In this document: positions 1 through 13,044 of the stretch, piece after piece
Position numbering within the stretch: position 1 is the first letter of the stretch
Layout of the letters: every line of letters starts with the position of its first letter
NCBI GenBank assembly: GCA_965644295.1
Contig: CBFFRP010000054.1
Span: 22,831-86,830, forward strand
Reading direction: 5' to 3'
Source of the DNA: Paraphysomonas bandaiensis
Taxonomy: Eukaryota; Protista; Chrysophyceae
DNA: 64,000 nt
Notes under the pieces: generated by a model
What the model was told of the DNA's origin: nothing
The model's database searches: none
What the model saw: the letters and a program-made list of their open reading frames with translations, nothing else
Made by a program: the position numbers and the translations under genes

Positions 1-3000
1 CTATATGCTGACAGCCGAAGCATGTCTAGACACTGGGTGCAGTGGAAACACCGGTATTGTGCGGTAGAGCGTGGCTTGCTCTCTTTAAGTACATCAGAGA
101 CTCATCGACACCTGGAGGAGTTCTCATTGCGGTTAGTTTTTGTATGAATAATGTACCAATATAATATATGAATGTGTAGGTTTGCGTCTGCAAAGGCTCA
201 TCATTATTCTGAAGCAAGTCATTGTATTGTGGTCAGTTGTCGTCCCGTTGGTTCCCAAGACTCTGTAGAAGTTACTCTTCAACTCAAAACTGACGAGCAT
301 GCTGCTTTGTGGTTACAAGTATGCACTCCATCTTGATGATATAGCGTTTAATTGTTGTACATTTTACCAGGCTATTGATAGTGAGATTAAGAACGCATAC
401 GAGGAACAGAAGCTGCACACGGACCGTGCTCTCCGTGCACTAAGTGGTTTCTTAAAAGAGCGACTTTACCTGAGGGTACGTGACTAAATATGTATTTAGA
501 CCTGACGTTGTGTATGGTAGAGTCGGCAGGATGGAGAACAAATAGAAGCCTTGAGTCCTTCGCAGAGCATTCTAGGAGCTGTTGAAGGAGAGCAGGAGGT
601 GAGGTTCCTTTGAGAATGTGTAGCTCGAATGGAGAATAGTATTGTTTACATTGTTGTATCTCTAGATGATCTTTGACTCTAATTTGGATATGGAGAGTCG
701 GGTATGGAAGGCTTCAGATTTTGAGACTCGCCTGATGGCTGAAGTTGACACTTTACAAGACCGTACCTCTCCAACTCCAGGTCCGCCTTTGGAAGTTGCT
801 GTTGCCGCTGAAGGGTCGTATAGCAACCCACGAGATGAGAATAGTAGCCTAAGTAGTGGAGACCCAGATGATGATGATTTTGTCCTCATTACGAGCACCG
901 GGGATGGGGATTCGCCTGGAGAGCGTCCACCACAAAACCATCCCGGTCTACCCGGTGCTCCACCTTCTCTTGCATCATACTTGGGGTCACTATACCGATC
1001 CCCAGGTAGAGACATAGCAAGTGACTCTATTCCTAGAGAGGAGAGTGATATAGAAGAGTCATTTCCTTTATCTCAATCTAACAACCAGAAACAAGGGCGA
1101 GCACATATTCATAGGTCATTTGTTGGGCACTCTAGTGTTTTGCTAGAGACTGGAAATGGAAATGGGAGTGACAGAAAAAGTAATGGACAGGCCCCTTGTT
1201 GGCAAATCCCCGTACCTCGCCTACGGATTGTTATTATGGCTGTTGGAACTAGGTATGCTTGATAATCTGATCTCTCCATGAATGCTGACAGTGGTATATG
1301 TTAGAGGGGATGTACAACCGTTTGCACTTCTTGGTCAGAAATTGCGGGCTGATGGGCACAGGGTGCGCCTGGCAACCCATGCCTGTTTCAGAGAGTATGT
1401 GACATCATTTGGGGGAGGTGGACTTGAGTTCTATCCGCTTGGTGGAGACCCTGTGAAATTATCAGAGTTTATGGTCAAAACTCATGGCTGTGTCATTCCG
1501 ACGGACTCTGGTATACTGAAGCAGGTATAGTTCCCCTGTATTTCTTTATTTTGTGTGCCTGATTAGTGTGCGCTGAATTGTACGAATTCAACGATCTTAC
1601 TGTTGTAATGTTCAACAGCTTCCTCAGAATATTCTCATGCTGAATGATATTATAAACTCCTGCTGGGGGGCTTGTGTAGATCCTGACCCCCATGGGGCTT
1701 TGCTTGAGGGGCATCGTCCTAGGTGAGCGGAATTTTGGATATTTGCTTTTCGTCTTCTTGACAGTATTTTGCTAGACGTTTCATGGCTGACGCTATTATT
1801 TCTAACCCTGTGACGTATGCTCATATACACTGTGCGGAAGCTCTAGGTGTTCCGTTACACCTCATGTTTCCTCAGGTATTGTTCCTCATGTTCCCTATAA
1901 TGTGATTTATTGACATCAGTGTACAGCCATGGGTCCCGACCAAAGCTTTTCCCCACCCCTTGGCGTGTATGAATTATGGCGGAAGTGGTAGTAAGTGGTC
2001 TACAGAGAATTTTTTGTCCTACCAGGTATCTCTCGGAAGGAATATATTTATCTGCTATTGTTAGAATTGTGGCACAGGTCGTAGAGAGAATGTTGTGGCT
2101 GTCTCTTGAGCCTTTTGTGAACACTTTTCGCAAGAAGCGTCTTGGGTTACCCCCTATACGTCGCGGAGAGCATGGTTGGAATCTGCTCAATACCAACAAG
2201 GTGCCAAGAAAATTATTGTGCCCTGATGTTGACAGCGTTATTGATGTTTTTCCAGGTCCCATTTGTTAAAATGTGGTCCAGACATCTTGTTCCTAAGCCC
2301 AAGGATTGGGGGCCTCACGTGGATGTTGTTGGTTTCTTCTTGGAGCCATTGGAAAAAGCTGACTTGCTGAAAACAGCGGTCAAGCCTGTCCCTGCAAGGC
2401 GTGATCAGTCTTCTTCATCTCTCTCTGTAGCATCTACTATACCATCCTCCGATCCACCCGAACAGCTTTCAGATTTCCTCGCCAATGGACCCCTCCCTGT
2501 TTTCGTAGGATTCGGATCCATGGTTGTAGATGATGCTGAATCCTTAGTACAGGTACAAAGCGTATGCGATTCTAATCCTTTGTTTACGTTGCTGTAGGTG
2601 CTTTTGGAAGGTGCCGCTATTCTTGGAGTCCGAATTATTTTCCAATCTGGATGGACGGAGATATCGCCGGCGAGCTTTACTGACATCGCTCATAAAGTAG
2701 AGAAGAAGTCATTACATAAATTAGTAAATGTATATAAGCATAAAGTAGTTGTTGATAAGCAGTACAAAGATACGTGCTTGTCGTCGGCAGATAGTTCTGA
2801 GTGTTCGAATCGAATATATCAGGAAACGTCACAAAGGCAGGGAATGAAGAGTTCGCCAGCAGAAACTACGAGCTCTCAACCGAGCATGGGGAAATCTGAT
2901 AGTAGTGTTCCGACCAGCCCCCTGTGTTCATCCTACCTCAAGAGACCATGGAGAGCCGAGGATGCACTACTGATTGGTTCCTGTGCGCACGATAAACTTT

Positions 3001-5472
3001 TCCCACATATGGCTGCGGTTATCCACCATGGTGGAGCAGGTACTGCATCTGCGTTTCTGAGTGATGGTATCCTACTTTGCACTCTATGGATTTATGTAAC
3101 GTGCATATTCATACTGCTATTTTATCTTATTTTGTTGATACAGGCACAACTGCTGCTGGACTCAGGGCGGGACGACCCACGATGATATGTCCCTTTTTCG
3201 GTGACCAGCATTTCTGGGGCCATATGATTCACAAAGCTAAAGTAGGGCCTGAACCATGTCCTGTACACAAGGTACTGCTTAATATCGTGCTTAGCAGTCT
3301 AATTTTGTGTAGCTTACACCAGAGGGTGTAGCGAATGGGTTGAGCTATCTGTTGTCAGAGGAGACCGCATGCGCAGCAGTAGAACTGTCGGACAAACTTG
3401 AGTCGGAGGACGGCGTTGGAAACGCTCTCTCGTGTTTCTATCGACACCTTCACGTAGAGAATATGATCTGTGATGTGTCTATTTTCTTAGGCGAGAGCCA
3501 GCTTGCGCACGTTTGGTGCCGAGAGTGTGGATTTAAGATGACTCGTGAGATCTCCGATGTAGTTCACAGTGAACACCAACACCAGACAACCCCATGTACG
3601 TATGTTAACTGGGGCGGATTGCGAGAGCCCACTTCGGCGACCGAGGGTGTGATTCAAGGCCTTGGTGGAGCTACGCATGAGTTAGCTGGAGGCATTACCG
3701 ATGCTCTCATTCAGCCTATGAGTGCACTGTACAATGACGGGTTACGAGGTGCTATGGGGGGCTTCGTCAGCGGGTTACAAGGCCTTATTGTACGACCTAT
3801 AACTGGAGGCTTTGTGCTCTACAACAAGTTTTCTGAGGGAATAAAACACACAATACATAGCCCTCTTGAGTCAAGAGGGGTGTCTCTACCGGACCCGCAT
3901 ACACAGTTCACCCGGCCAGGATCTATGCAGCGCCAGGAAGCCAGTTTGTATGGTGCAGAGAGCCTGCGTGAGATTATTCCGGACAGCTCAATTACTTCGC
4001 CGGACACAGGACTAGCGCATTCAATGGAAGAGAAGACCTTAACTATGACCAATCCAGAGCCCTGTTCATCTATTGATGCTGATGTTCTTGCGCTAGATAA
4101 ACTCATGCATGATGAGATAGACGGTGTACTCGATTCTGTCGACTCTCCTCTTCTTTCACTATCGAGGAGCTCTTCTTTGGCCTCTCCCGATCTTGTAATT
4201 CGAACTGCGCAATCTGTGGAATCCCACAGTGCAATGGCATCACTTTGTCATTCCGGCACTTCGAATGATAGCAGCAGCGGTCGTGATGTGGATGAGGATA
4301 GCAATACACCACGCATCGACTACTCTGCTGCACTCACTGGGGGAGCATTTGGTTCTTCCGAGACTGAAGATGGACTAGAAAATGACAATGAGAGCAATAC
4401 AGGTACTCCATTGAGCTACAGTGCTACCAGCTCGGCCCCCGTCTTTGCTGCATTGGAAGAGGTGAGTGCGATGTAATGCTATGAACGAGTCTCTTACTTA
4501 CTCTGCCTGCAGGACATACACGGCGAGAATGTACCTGCCTATGGGGCAATTAGTGCTCTCATGTCTCGTAGTCTTGGTCCAGGGGAAGAGTTTTGGGGGC
4601 CTTCCAAGGGCAGACCAAGGGATGGAGATACCGTATCTTGTTCCGTAGATAGAATCGCTATGTTCAGTGAGAACGAAGTGGCACTTGATTGCTATCCTCC
4701 ACCTTCCACCAGTCCTGTTCCCAATGAGGAGCCAGTGGTAGATCCCTGCTTTGTTTCTGATGTGCGAAACGCACCACCAACTCCTACATTGTCTCCAAGC
4801 ACCGACAACCACAAGTCAACAAAGAGCCCGCCCGTGTCGCCCACAACTTTAGTCATGGAAAGGCGAAAAGAGATATTGCAGGCATTCGAAAAGGCTAAAA
4901 AGGTGCAGACCGCGCTGTGTGAACTTATGGGGAATGCGTCGCGGTATGTGCATATTGTGTGTTGTTATTTTTTGACCAGATCCTTTTTATATAGATTCGT
5001 AACGTTGGAAGACTTTGCAGATATTATTACGCGTACACTTGGAGATGACAGTACTCCTAGAGACAGTACACATGATATGGCTCAGAGTCTCTTGCAGGTA
5101 AAGTGATTTACGTTCTGTGGATTTCAACGTTTTTGACTGTTGTAACAATAATATGAGTAACACATGAATATCACAGACAATATCTCGCACCAAGGCTTTC
5201 CTCGACTTCGTGGACTTCAGCTTGCTATTCTTATCAATGCAGGTGTAATTAGCCTAATGTTTCTATTTCGTTACTCTAATTGATTATCTTTATCAGCGGG
5301 AGATGCACTGGAAGGACAAACCCTCGCGAGTAGTGAACTTGTAATCAAACAGCTGGTGTATTGGTTTCCTCAGTGTACATATAACCAAAACATGGTGATA
5401 GCGTGCTATTGCACGGAGTGTGTATATTGTAGCCATAGCACATATATTAGTTATGCCTCTTCATTAATGTGA
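1..5472 (+). CDS. Sterol 3-beta-glucosyltransferase (UGT80/ATG26-like, GT1), multi-exon; 5' part lies outside the window
   Basis: Spliced motifs IVIMAVGTR|[30 protein letters not shown]...[14 protein letters not shown]|[46 protein letters not shown]|[25 protein letters not shown]. Gly-rich ATG_C-like helices follow. 3' end approximate. Confidence 0.92.
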
Positions 5473-5808
5473 CGAGTTGAGATGGATGTGCAATGCTCAT
5501 TTGTCTAGTATGTGTATATTTAGCTATCGAATGCACTGGATTAATCTAATCAGTGGTGTATTAAACTTTAATTATAATTTATAATATATATAGATGTTGA
5601 CCATTGTTGTCACTAAGTGGGTACATATCTTCCTGATGGCATTCATAATTCATAGTCATTTTGCGTGTTACTTTGCTCTTGTCCGACACTTTGTAGCGAA
5701 TAAAAGTATCAGTGTTGTAGTTTGTAGTAGAATGGTAACCAATGCAGTGCATTTTGTTTCTGCATGTGGGAAAATAGTGAAGAAGCATGAAGAATATATT
5801 AATCGTGT

Positions 5809-5968
5809 TGTTGGAATACGTATGTTTCTTTACGATAGTACTGTCGAATACGAAAACAGTAATACGTAGATACGTAGTCAAAGATACTATATAGCTATAA
5901 CTGTGAAACTGAAGAATTGTATCATGACGATTCAAGATACGGAAGTTGAGTAGTGGTTGACATGAACA
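5809..5968 (+). repeat. LTR-like dispersed repeat, copy 1
   Basis: Begins TGTTGGAATACGTATG and shares TACGTAGTCAAA...TATAGCTATAACTGTGAAACTGAAG...TATCATGACGATTCAAGATACGGAAGTT...GGTTGACATGAA with 41308-41466. No TSD found. Confidence 0.6.
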
Positions 5969-6257
5969 AAATGAATTATCATGTTGTTGACATGTTTTAC
6001 ATGACAACTCACACAATTGTGTGTGCAATATTATAAAAGAGTGTATCCAGTATCTAGTTTGATTTCAATAAACTTCTCTTAACGGTCTTAATTGTAAAAA
6101 TAACCAATAGCCAATAAATAATCGTATATACATCATGAATAATAATTAAAGTTTATAATATTCAACTATATATTATGGATTAAATGGTGGCTCATAAATA
6201 CTGGGATTTTCCTTCTTGTCAAATAAATAAATATAAATAAACCTCTAACCCTAATCG

Positions 6258-6365
6258 AATACTAGGAAATCAGAGTTAAGCGCTAGTTACTTACATAGCA
6301 ATGCTAAATGCTAAATTAGATTTGACTCTTAAACGTCTATTGCTAATAGTAAGACATTCACTACT
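6258..6365 (+). repeat. 3'-end fragment of the dispersed SINE/LINE-tail-like family
   Basis: AATACTAGGAAATCAGAGTTAAGCGCTAGTT and CTCTTAAA...TATTGCTAATAGTAAGACATTCACTACT match the reverse complement of 14357-14440, and partly 20378-20407. Confidence 0.7.
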
Positions 6366-6527
6366 AAGGTAACTCTTGCTTTATACTTCTACAGAAGCGG
6401 TGGTAATGAAAATTGGTGGTATTGTATTATATTATCGCACGGGAATTAACATCATCATGAACGAGAAAAACAAGAACAACAGCACTTTGACACATACACT
6501 AAAGTCACCGGGTTAGATTTTCATAAA

Positions 6528-7427
6528 TTAGATTGAAATGGATGCCATAGTGTGCATGTAATTTTCATCCTCCATTGACAGCATCTCGTAGATGTCGTTA
6601 TTCCGAGTGTCTGGCAACTGTACCACTGACGCTTGATCGGCCATGTTACGGTATGCCGTCGTGGCAGCAGTTAAGAGTGGAATACTGGCAGCGTATTTAT
6701 TATATGGCCACACCATTTTCATTCTTTGGAGTGCAGATGATACAGCAACAGCTTCCTGCTTAATAGTGCAGGCAACACACGCTTCTCCTGAATAAACACT
6801 CTTCATACATTGTGGTAAGAACAGCAGAAACTCCTTTGTGTCAGTGGTAGCACATGATACACATGGCCTTGTTTCAGCAAACACTTGTGATGGAAGTGCA
6901 GGAATATCTTGGCCATAACTTGCAAATGTATTCTCAATAATTCTCGGAAAGATCCTCACAATCATTAACAGCCGCTGTGTCTCTGATTTTAACGACATAA
7001 AATCATCTATGGTCCACATTTCATGTAGATTCTCTAAATATTTCCGCTCCTCATCTTCGTTATCAAACTCTACATCATCATCAGCAACATCATCAGCAGG
7101 TGTTGATTCTTCTGATAGTTTAATACAAGCATCTGATGCGGTCTGTTACTAGACGATTACATATACATGTATAGTATAGTAGAAATACAATACCTCATTC
7201 CAATGAGATAATGATATGGCTAATTTAATTACCATACCAGCACATAAACTACCAACAAACATAACTGGCGCATGTATAGTAGACGGAGGTGAGGCTGTTA
7301 TAATAAAACTATCTAATGTGGGACTACGTGAAGAATTGGCAACAGCTCGTGTAAAACATGTTACACCCATACCAACTGCATCATTTATTAAAGGTGTTCT
7401 TGTTAGAAGGAATGTTAAGGTTGCCAT
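6528..7427 (-). CDS. Hypothetical protein, 2 exons (intron ~7144-7193)
   Basis: ORF 7149-7427 splices in frame (GAG|gtattg...taacag|ACC) onto TASDACIKLSEE..., which runs into ORF 6528-7019. Acidic patch and CxxC pairs; family not recognised. Confidence 0.7.
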
Positions 7428-7686
7428 AGTGTGTATGTATGTATGTATGTATGGAGGATGTTAGTCTGTGTATGTATGTAAATATGAGTGTGTTGGATAT
7501 GTCTTGAGGATTGTATGTAGAAGGGAAGTGCTGGATGGGTTTCTGTATGTTTTCTTCGATTATCCAGAGAAAATGCTAGAAAAATATACTGTACACTTCG
7601 TACGTACAGCAGTATGTGCATTGTGATGTGATTAGAAAAATAGAGTTTTTGTATGAAAAAAATAAAAAATATGGGATTTTCAAGAC

Positions 7687-7691
7687 AAAAA
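7687..7691 (-). terminator. Pol III oligo-T terminator of the 5S gene
   Basis: T5 run at the 3' end of 5S helix I. Confidence 0.8.
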
Positions 7692-7809
7692 CGGACAGTA
7701 CCCGGACTTCGCACGTGGTCACCCACCGTACTACTAACCGGGCCAGATGCAACTTAACTTCCGCGAGCGGAACGAGAGCGGGTGCGGTTTGCATTGTATG
7801 ACCGTCCAT
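7690..7809 (-). rRNA. 5S rRNA gene (solitary)
   Basis: Reverse complement reads ATGGACGGTCATAC...GCACCCGCTCTCG...GCGGAAGTTAAG...GGCCCGGTTAGTAGTACGGTGGGTGACCAC...GAAGTCCGGGTACTGTCCGT, ~120 nt. Helices pair (GGAC/GTCC, ATGCAA/TTGCAT, CCGC/GCGG, CCCGG/CCGGG). Confidence 0.95.
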
Positions 7810-8132
7810 ATCAGAGAGGCGACTTTTGGTGTATAGTAATGCATGTACTACTCTGTACAGGTCGCATATTGGAAAAAGTCGACAAGCTAAAAAATCTCCC
7901 TTTTTTCGATGTTTGAGATATATTTTGATCATCAAAACACAATATACAGCCAAAAACCAAGGATTTCTTTGCCTGGTTGATATACAGTACCACCCAGTCA
8001 TGGATATTCATATACACGACAAGCCTCATATGATGATTTCAAATATATTTATCTCCACATACACAGATATATACATTCATTCCACTCCATATTAGGCTAC
8101 ATTGACATAATACACAACGATCAGAGGATATA

Positions 8133-8961
8133 ATGGTCAAGTGTAGGAAATGCGGAGGGAGAGCCAAAGGAGACTGTGTAAATACGTACGTAGACTTAGG
8201 GCAGTGGACTCTATCATGTGCTATCATGTTGTGGTCTTATATACACATATCTGTGTATATACGTGTATATATCTGTGTATGTATATATATGTGTGTATAT
8301 ACATACATATAACATGTTACTGCTGATATATATATACATATATGTGCTTATCGTGTATTGTGTAGCATGTGCTTTACGTGCTGTATGAAGTGTAAGAAGA
8401 TATGTTCTCCTCATGCTGAACTCGCTAAAAGAAAGGAAGGTGGGCATATATGTTTCCACTGAATACCTTTTAAATAAATTAACTTTGATTCGATTAGATG
8501 AAGAGCGATATATCGAAGAAGGAATTCAGGCAGCCTGGACCCGTAAACGGCGAACTTTTATTCACGCGGAGGATGGGTTAACTGATGTTGGACACACTGT
8601 TGTTGTGTGGTGCCTACGCGACTTTCTTCGTAATTCTGCGTAAGTGGCATCATTAGTTCTACACCATTAGTTCTGAAGTATAATATTTGTTTTTGAATTC
8701 TCCTACAGTTGGAGCGCCCCTACTTTTGCTCAATTAGACCGAGCCCGGCTATCTAAGAAAATTAGGTTAAAGAGAAGACAACGACGGGTGCTATCTGCTG
8801 AAGAAGAGGAGAAGAAAATACTGGAAAAGGTCCGTAAATCCGTCGCTAATCAACGAGAAAAACGGGAAAAGGCATACACTAGAGTCAGGTCACAGTGGGA
8901 AGAATCGTTTGAGAGTGGCGGAAGCACAGTTTGGCTTGTTGAGGAACAACGAAGTAGTTAG
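8133..8961 (+). CDS. ~173-aa protein with an N-terminal SHI/STY-like Cys/His zinc finger and a basic helical C-terminus; exons 8133-8185, 8366-8439, 8498-8639, 8709-8961
   Basis: Three GT-AG introns join in frame: MVKCRKCGGRAKGDCVNTMCFTCCMKCKKICSPHAELAKRKEDEERYIEEG...FLRNSAWSAPTFAQLDRARLSKKIRLKRRQRR...EEQRSS*. Intron 1 holds a TA/TG microsatellite. Confidence 0.8.
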
Positions 8962-9668
8962 ACTTGCAATCATTTATTCATTCCACCCAGAATCCGGAAT
9001 AGTATGTTTTAGTGTATTGCGTCCGATATATATAGAATATAATAGTTGCAGATTAGCACCCTTTGCATTATAGTATCTATGCACCTTTGCGTCACTTCTA
9101 GCGCTGGAGAATAGAGTGCAGGTGTAATTTTAGTGTAGTAAATTGGAACGATTATCAATCCCTTCTCAATATTAGAAAAGCAAACAAGAAGCAAATTTTG
9201 GTATTGGTGCTGCACGACAAATACAACTACCATTCTACCAATGGCTCCCGAATATACTATTACGTAGAGAAATCTGTAGGATAATAGAGTATTAGTAGTT
9301 AGTAGTACGCACTGAGAATCCGAAATGCCAATATCACACTTTTAAATGAAATGTTTTGAAGCTATGATTTAGAGTGGCGAAAGATTTTGTAATATGTGGT
9401 TTTCATGTAAAAATTACAATAGTGTAATACCACTTTCATGAAGTCGCAGAACTTTATCTTGCTTAACAAGACACAAGAGCTAACAAGGTTCTAGTGAACT
9501 GGCTGATACAAGATATCAATGTACAATGTAAGATATAAACCTGCTCATTCGTATAGAATTGATCAGGTCAATAATATTCTTCTTCTACATTGATCTGTTT
9601 TAAGTTTTAATCATTTCTAACACTAAATTCAGTTCAAACCACTACGAATAAACCCTATACATTTTAAG

Positions 9669-12475
9669 CTATTTACATTGCGCTAACTCTAACAAGATAT
9701 TATTTCTGCATTGTGTCATACTCTGCACATCATGCGCGGTGCAGTTCGTATTATTTTCTGTTGTGTATTTTCTGATGGCAGATAGTGACGCTTCTTGAAA
9801 AATATTGCGCAACTCTGCTGGTGATCTTCATCGAAAAGTATTAACTAATTGAAATATCACGATAATAGAAACAACCAACCTTCCTACTGTGCATGTAGCT
9901 ATGTTCTCAACTATGGTTTCAATTTCTTCGGTACTGCCATGCATGCCAGTGTCTCCAACAAAGCCCCGTAAAATAGCCTTTCTCTAAACAGTTGTAAGCA
10001 CGGGATATGGGGTGCAATAATATGAAAAGACCTACCTGATCGTGGTCTGGAAGTGACACCTCAATGTGCTCCTCTAGTCGTCCTGGACGTACTAATGCTC
10101 TATTGTTCATCTAAGAAAATTGGTCAGGAGTACGACATAGATACTCACCCATCAAGTTGCTGGGGAAAACACGACGCTGTGGCAATGACTATAACTATGT
10201 CCTCAGTACTTGGGCAGCCTGTACCCTTAGATCGTCGCCGAACCCCTCCCTCCACTAGTTTAGGCGGAGTCGACACTCCATCCAGCTCCACCAGCAGCGT
10301 GCTCAACAACCTGTCAATTGCTTGATGGGAAGTCCGGTGTCCATCCCTGCGTCTAGCCCGCCTGACGGGAGGTGCGGTAATTCCAGTTGCACTAGACGGA
10401 TCGAACGGAGTGTCGGGAAAGTCTGTTTGCTTGTCGACCGACATACCCAACATCACTTCAATATTATCTAACAGCAGGAAACAGGGAGACATCGCGCGGG
10501 CTACACAAATATGAACATTTACGCCACAGATTTATAAAAGCGTACCAGTAGAAAATATTTCAGCAAGTCGACGTTCTGAGTCACCAACCACCTGCAGAAA
10601 GAAATCATGGATCACAACAAAAGTGAATAAGATACAGCCCACCTTATGAACAACTTCAGCACACGAGACCGAGAGCAACTTGAAATGAGATCGTGCTTCA
10701 TACGCTGCCCGGTAAGCAATTGATGTCTTCCCACACCCACTTGGCCCGTGAATTAAGTACCCTGTTCATTGCCGTATGATGAGGGTTAGATACATCGACA
10801 CACAGAATTGATGATATAATATCTTCGAGATTATCATGAAGAAAAAGTTTGAGCACGTCTCACCTTTGCATGGAGATACCCCGAGTCGACGACAGAGTGC
10901 ATTTAACTCACTGTCTGGGGACACAGCTTGAACAGCGGCATTGACGATATCTTGTACCACTTTTTCAAATCCATATACAAGAGGAGGTGGTGGCTGAATG
11001 GAGAAATCTCGAATAAATTCGAGTGAACTTGTGCCTAGGGATTGTGCTGGAGGGGAATTGGTAGAAATATGAAGAATAACATCACTTGGATCAAGTATCA
11101 CCTTGTCATCTAAAAATATAAGAAATATAAGTACGAACTACGAAATGACGTGTGGGGTACCATGGCTGGAATTAGAAGACAGTGTATGAGGCACCGCCCT
11201 TGTCAACGAAGAAAGAATATCAATCACGGATAAACCCTGTACCATCGTTATTCCACATCGATTACTCCGAATAAACATATAACCTGAGTTCTTCGGGAAA
11301 CCTCTATAGCAAAATTGCAGATAAACTCTTCGTAAACTGGTACACATTACTTACGACAGACAAAAAGCATCAACAAGAACATAAAGTACCTTGCGATAGA
11401 GGACGCATATCACCTCTACATGAAGTCCAGATCTCCGTGGAACTATCAGCAGGTATTGCTGCTCGCAAAGCCCTTTCAGCCACCACTGCCCTTGCTGCCT
11501 GGTCCGGGTAAGGTACGACTACTGGTGAACCGAGTCTGTAAGGTCGTAGTATACCTGCTGGTAACCGGTTATCACCATCTGTACAGCCGGCGGAAACAGT
11601 GGCAATCACAAAAGGACGGAATCGATTAACAGAAGTTCGAGACCGAACAGAGCGGAGTGTATCGAGTCCCTTGAGAAGGGCGGAAGAAGTGGTGAGAGAC
11701 ACGGCAGGAACCGAGACAGATGTCCCAGGGGCCACTGCAGAATGAACTATCGCGTCCAAGTTGTCAAGAAATACAACGTGACAGCCTTGATATATATTTG
11801 ATTTTTCACCTGCCAATATCTTCAAAACTGCAGCTTCTGGTTCTCCAACACTTCATAACAGGTTATTACAAGGTGGATCAATGTATAATAGTATTACCTC
11901 CGACATGTACGAAGTAGCGTGATACAATCAAGATAATGCGTTGATATTCGATGGGTAGAGCTTGTATTATCCAGTGCACTGTGTAGCCTTCGAAGCAGTG
12001 CTGTTTTCCCGCATCCAGAATGTCCTTCTATAATAAGACCAATAGGGTCATCATACGTAAGTTCCCCATTCATATTCAATCCTTTTGCGACTTCTCTACT
12101 AATAGTTCTAAGCGTACTATTAATCCCATAAAAATTCGTCTGAAGTCTATCGAATAATAACTCAGCAGATACATTAACAGACTGTTCATATAGTGATTTC
12201 ACTAATGGAGATACTTCGACATCTTTATCAAATGAAATCACAGTATTTTTTGATATAATGGATTTAGTATTACATGGAATACAACTAATAATTTCATATA
12301 ATATTGATGTATCTCCGAATTGTATGATCGATCCATCTGTTACGACACGACCACATAGATAAGCTATACAATGATCTTGTAGACTACTTGTAGAGTGAGT
12401 TAGTGTATTCAGATGATTGGATTTAATCCGAACTATAGCTGATGTTGTATAAGGTATCATGGTCTGATATATCAA
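9669..12475 (-). CDS. Two-domain AAA+ protein (CDC48/AFG2/PEX1-like), multi-exon; start uncertain
   Basis: D1 Walker A GHSGCGKT, D2 Walker A GPSGCGKT, VVGDSERRLAEIF, DRLLSTLLVELDG, ALVRPGRLEEHIEV, SPAELRNIFQEA. Both Walker B motifs read DN (VFLDNLD, LLLDNIE). Confidence 0.88.
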
Positions 12476-13044
12476 GCTCTATGCTGGGTATTGTAATGGA
12501 GAGCAGCCTCACGTGGTTCCATATATATAAGGACGACAGATAGAAGCTACTGTTTAGCCGTAGTATATACTAGAAATCCATGATATTTGGGGTATTGTTT
12601 TCTATAATAGTGGTAATATACAGTCCACATGATCTATAAAACCGATTTTATAGGAATAAATATTCCAATATTCTATACTTCATATATTTATACTGTATAA
12701 ATACTCCAATATATAGCACACCTATAGGCACTATATGTCTAGCTGTACTGTATGTGTCCACCCTCTATGCATGTTCACACTATTAACCAGGCAGTGCATA
12801 GCTCATAGTGCATAACTCCATACTATAATCATATCCCTATAAAACAAACCATGAATCTCTTATTACACTATCTAATAGATTCATAATACATAATCATGTG
12901 TTGTGATGTATTATCTATCAAGTGTTATCAGTGTTGTGTTGCTTACATGACCCTATCAGCCGTTGACTTGACCTGATTCATATACTACATACATACATAA
13001 TATATGAACACAGATATATTAAAACATATATCATACTATTGGTC

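Noticed and set aside
5579-6028. This and many other short or antisense ORFs in the track
   Set aside because: They overlap repeats, microsatellites, the 5S gene or real genes on the other strand, and lack protein-like motifs.
6245-6254. CTAACCCTAA, a telomerase-template-like 10-mer
   Set aside because: A single hit is plausible by chance in 64 kb, it abuts a repeat fragment, and no promoter or structure supports a telomerase RNA.
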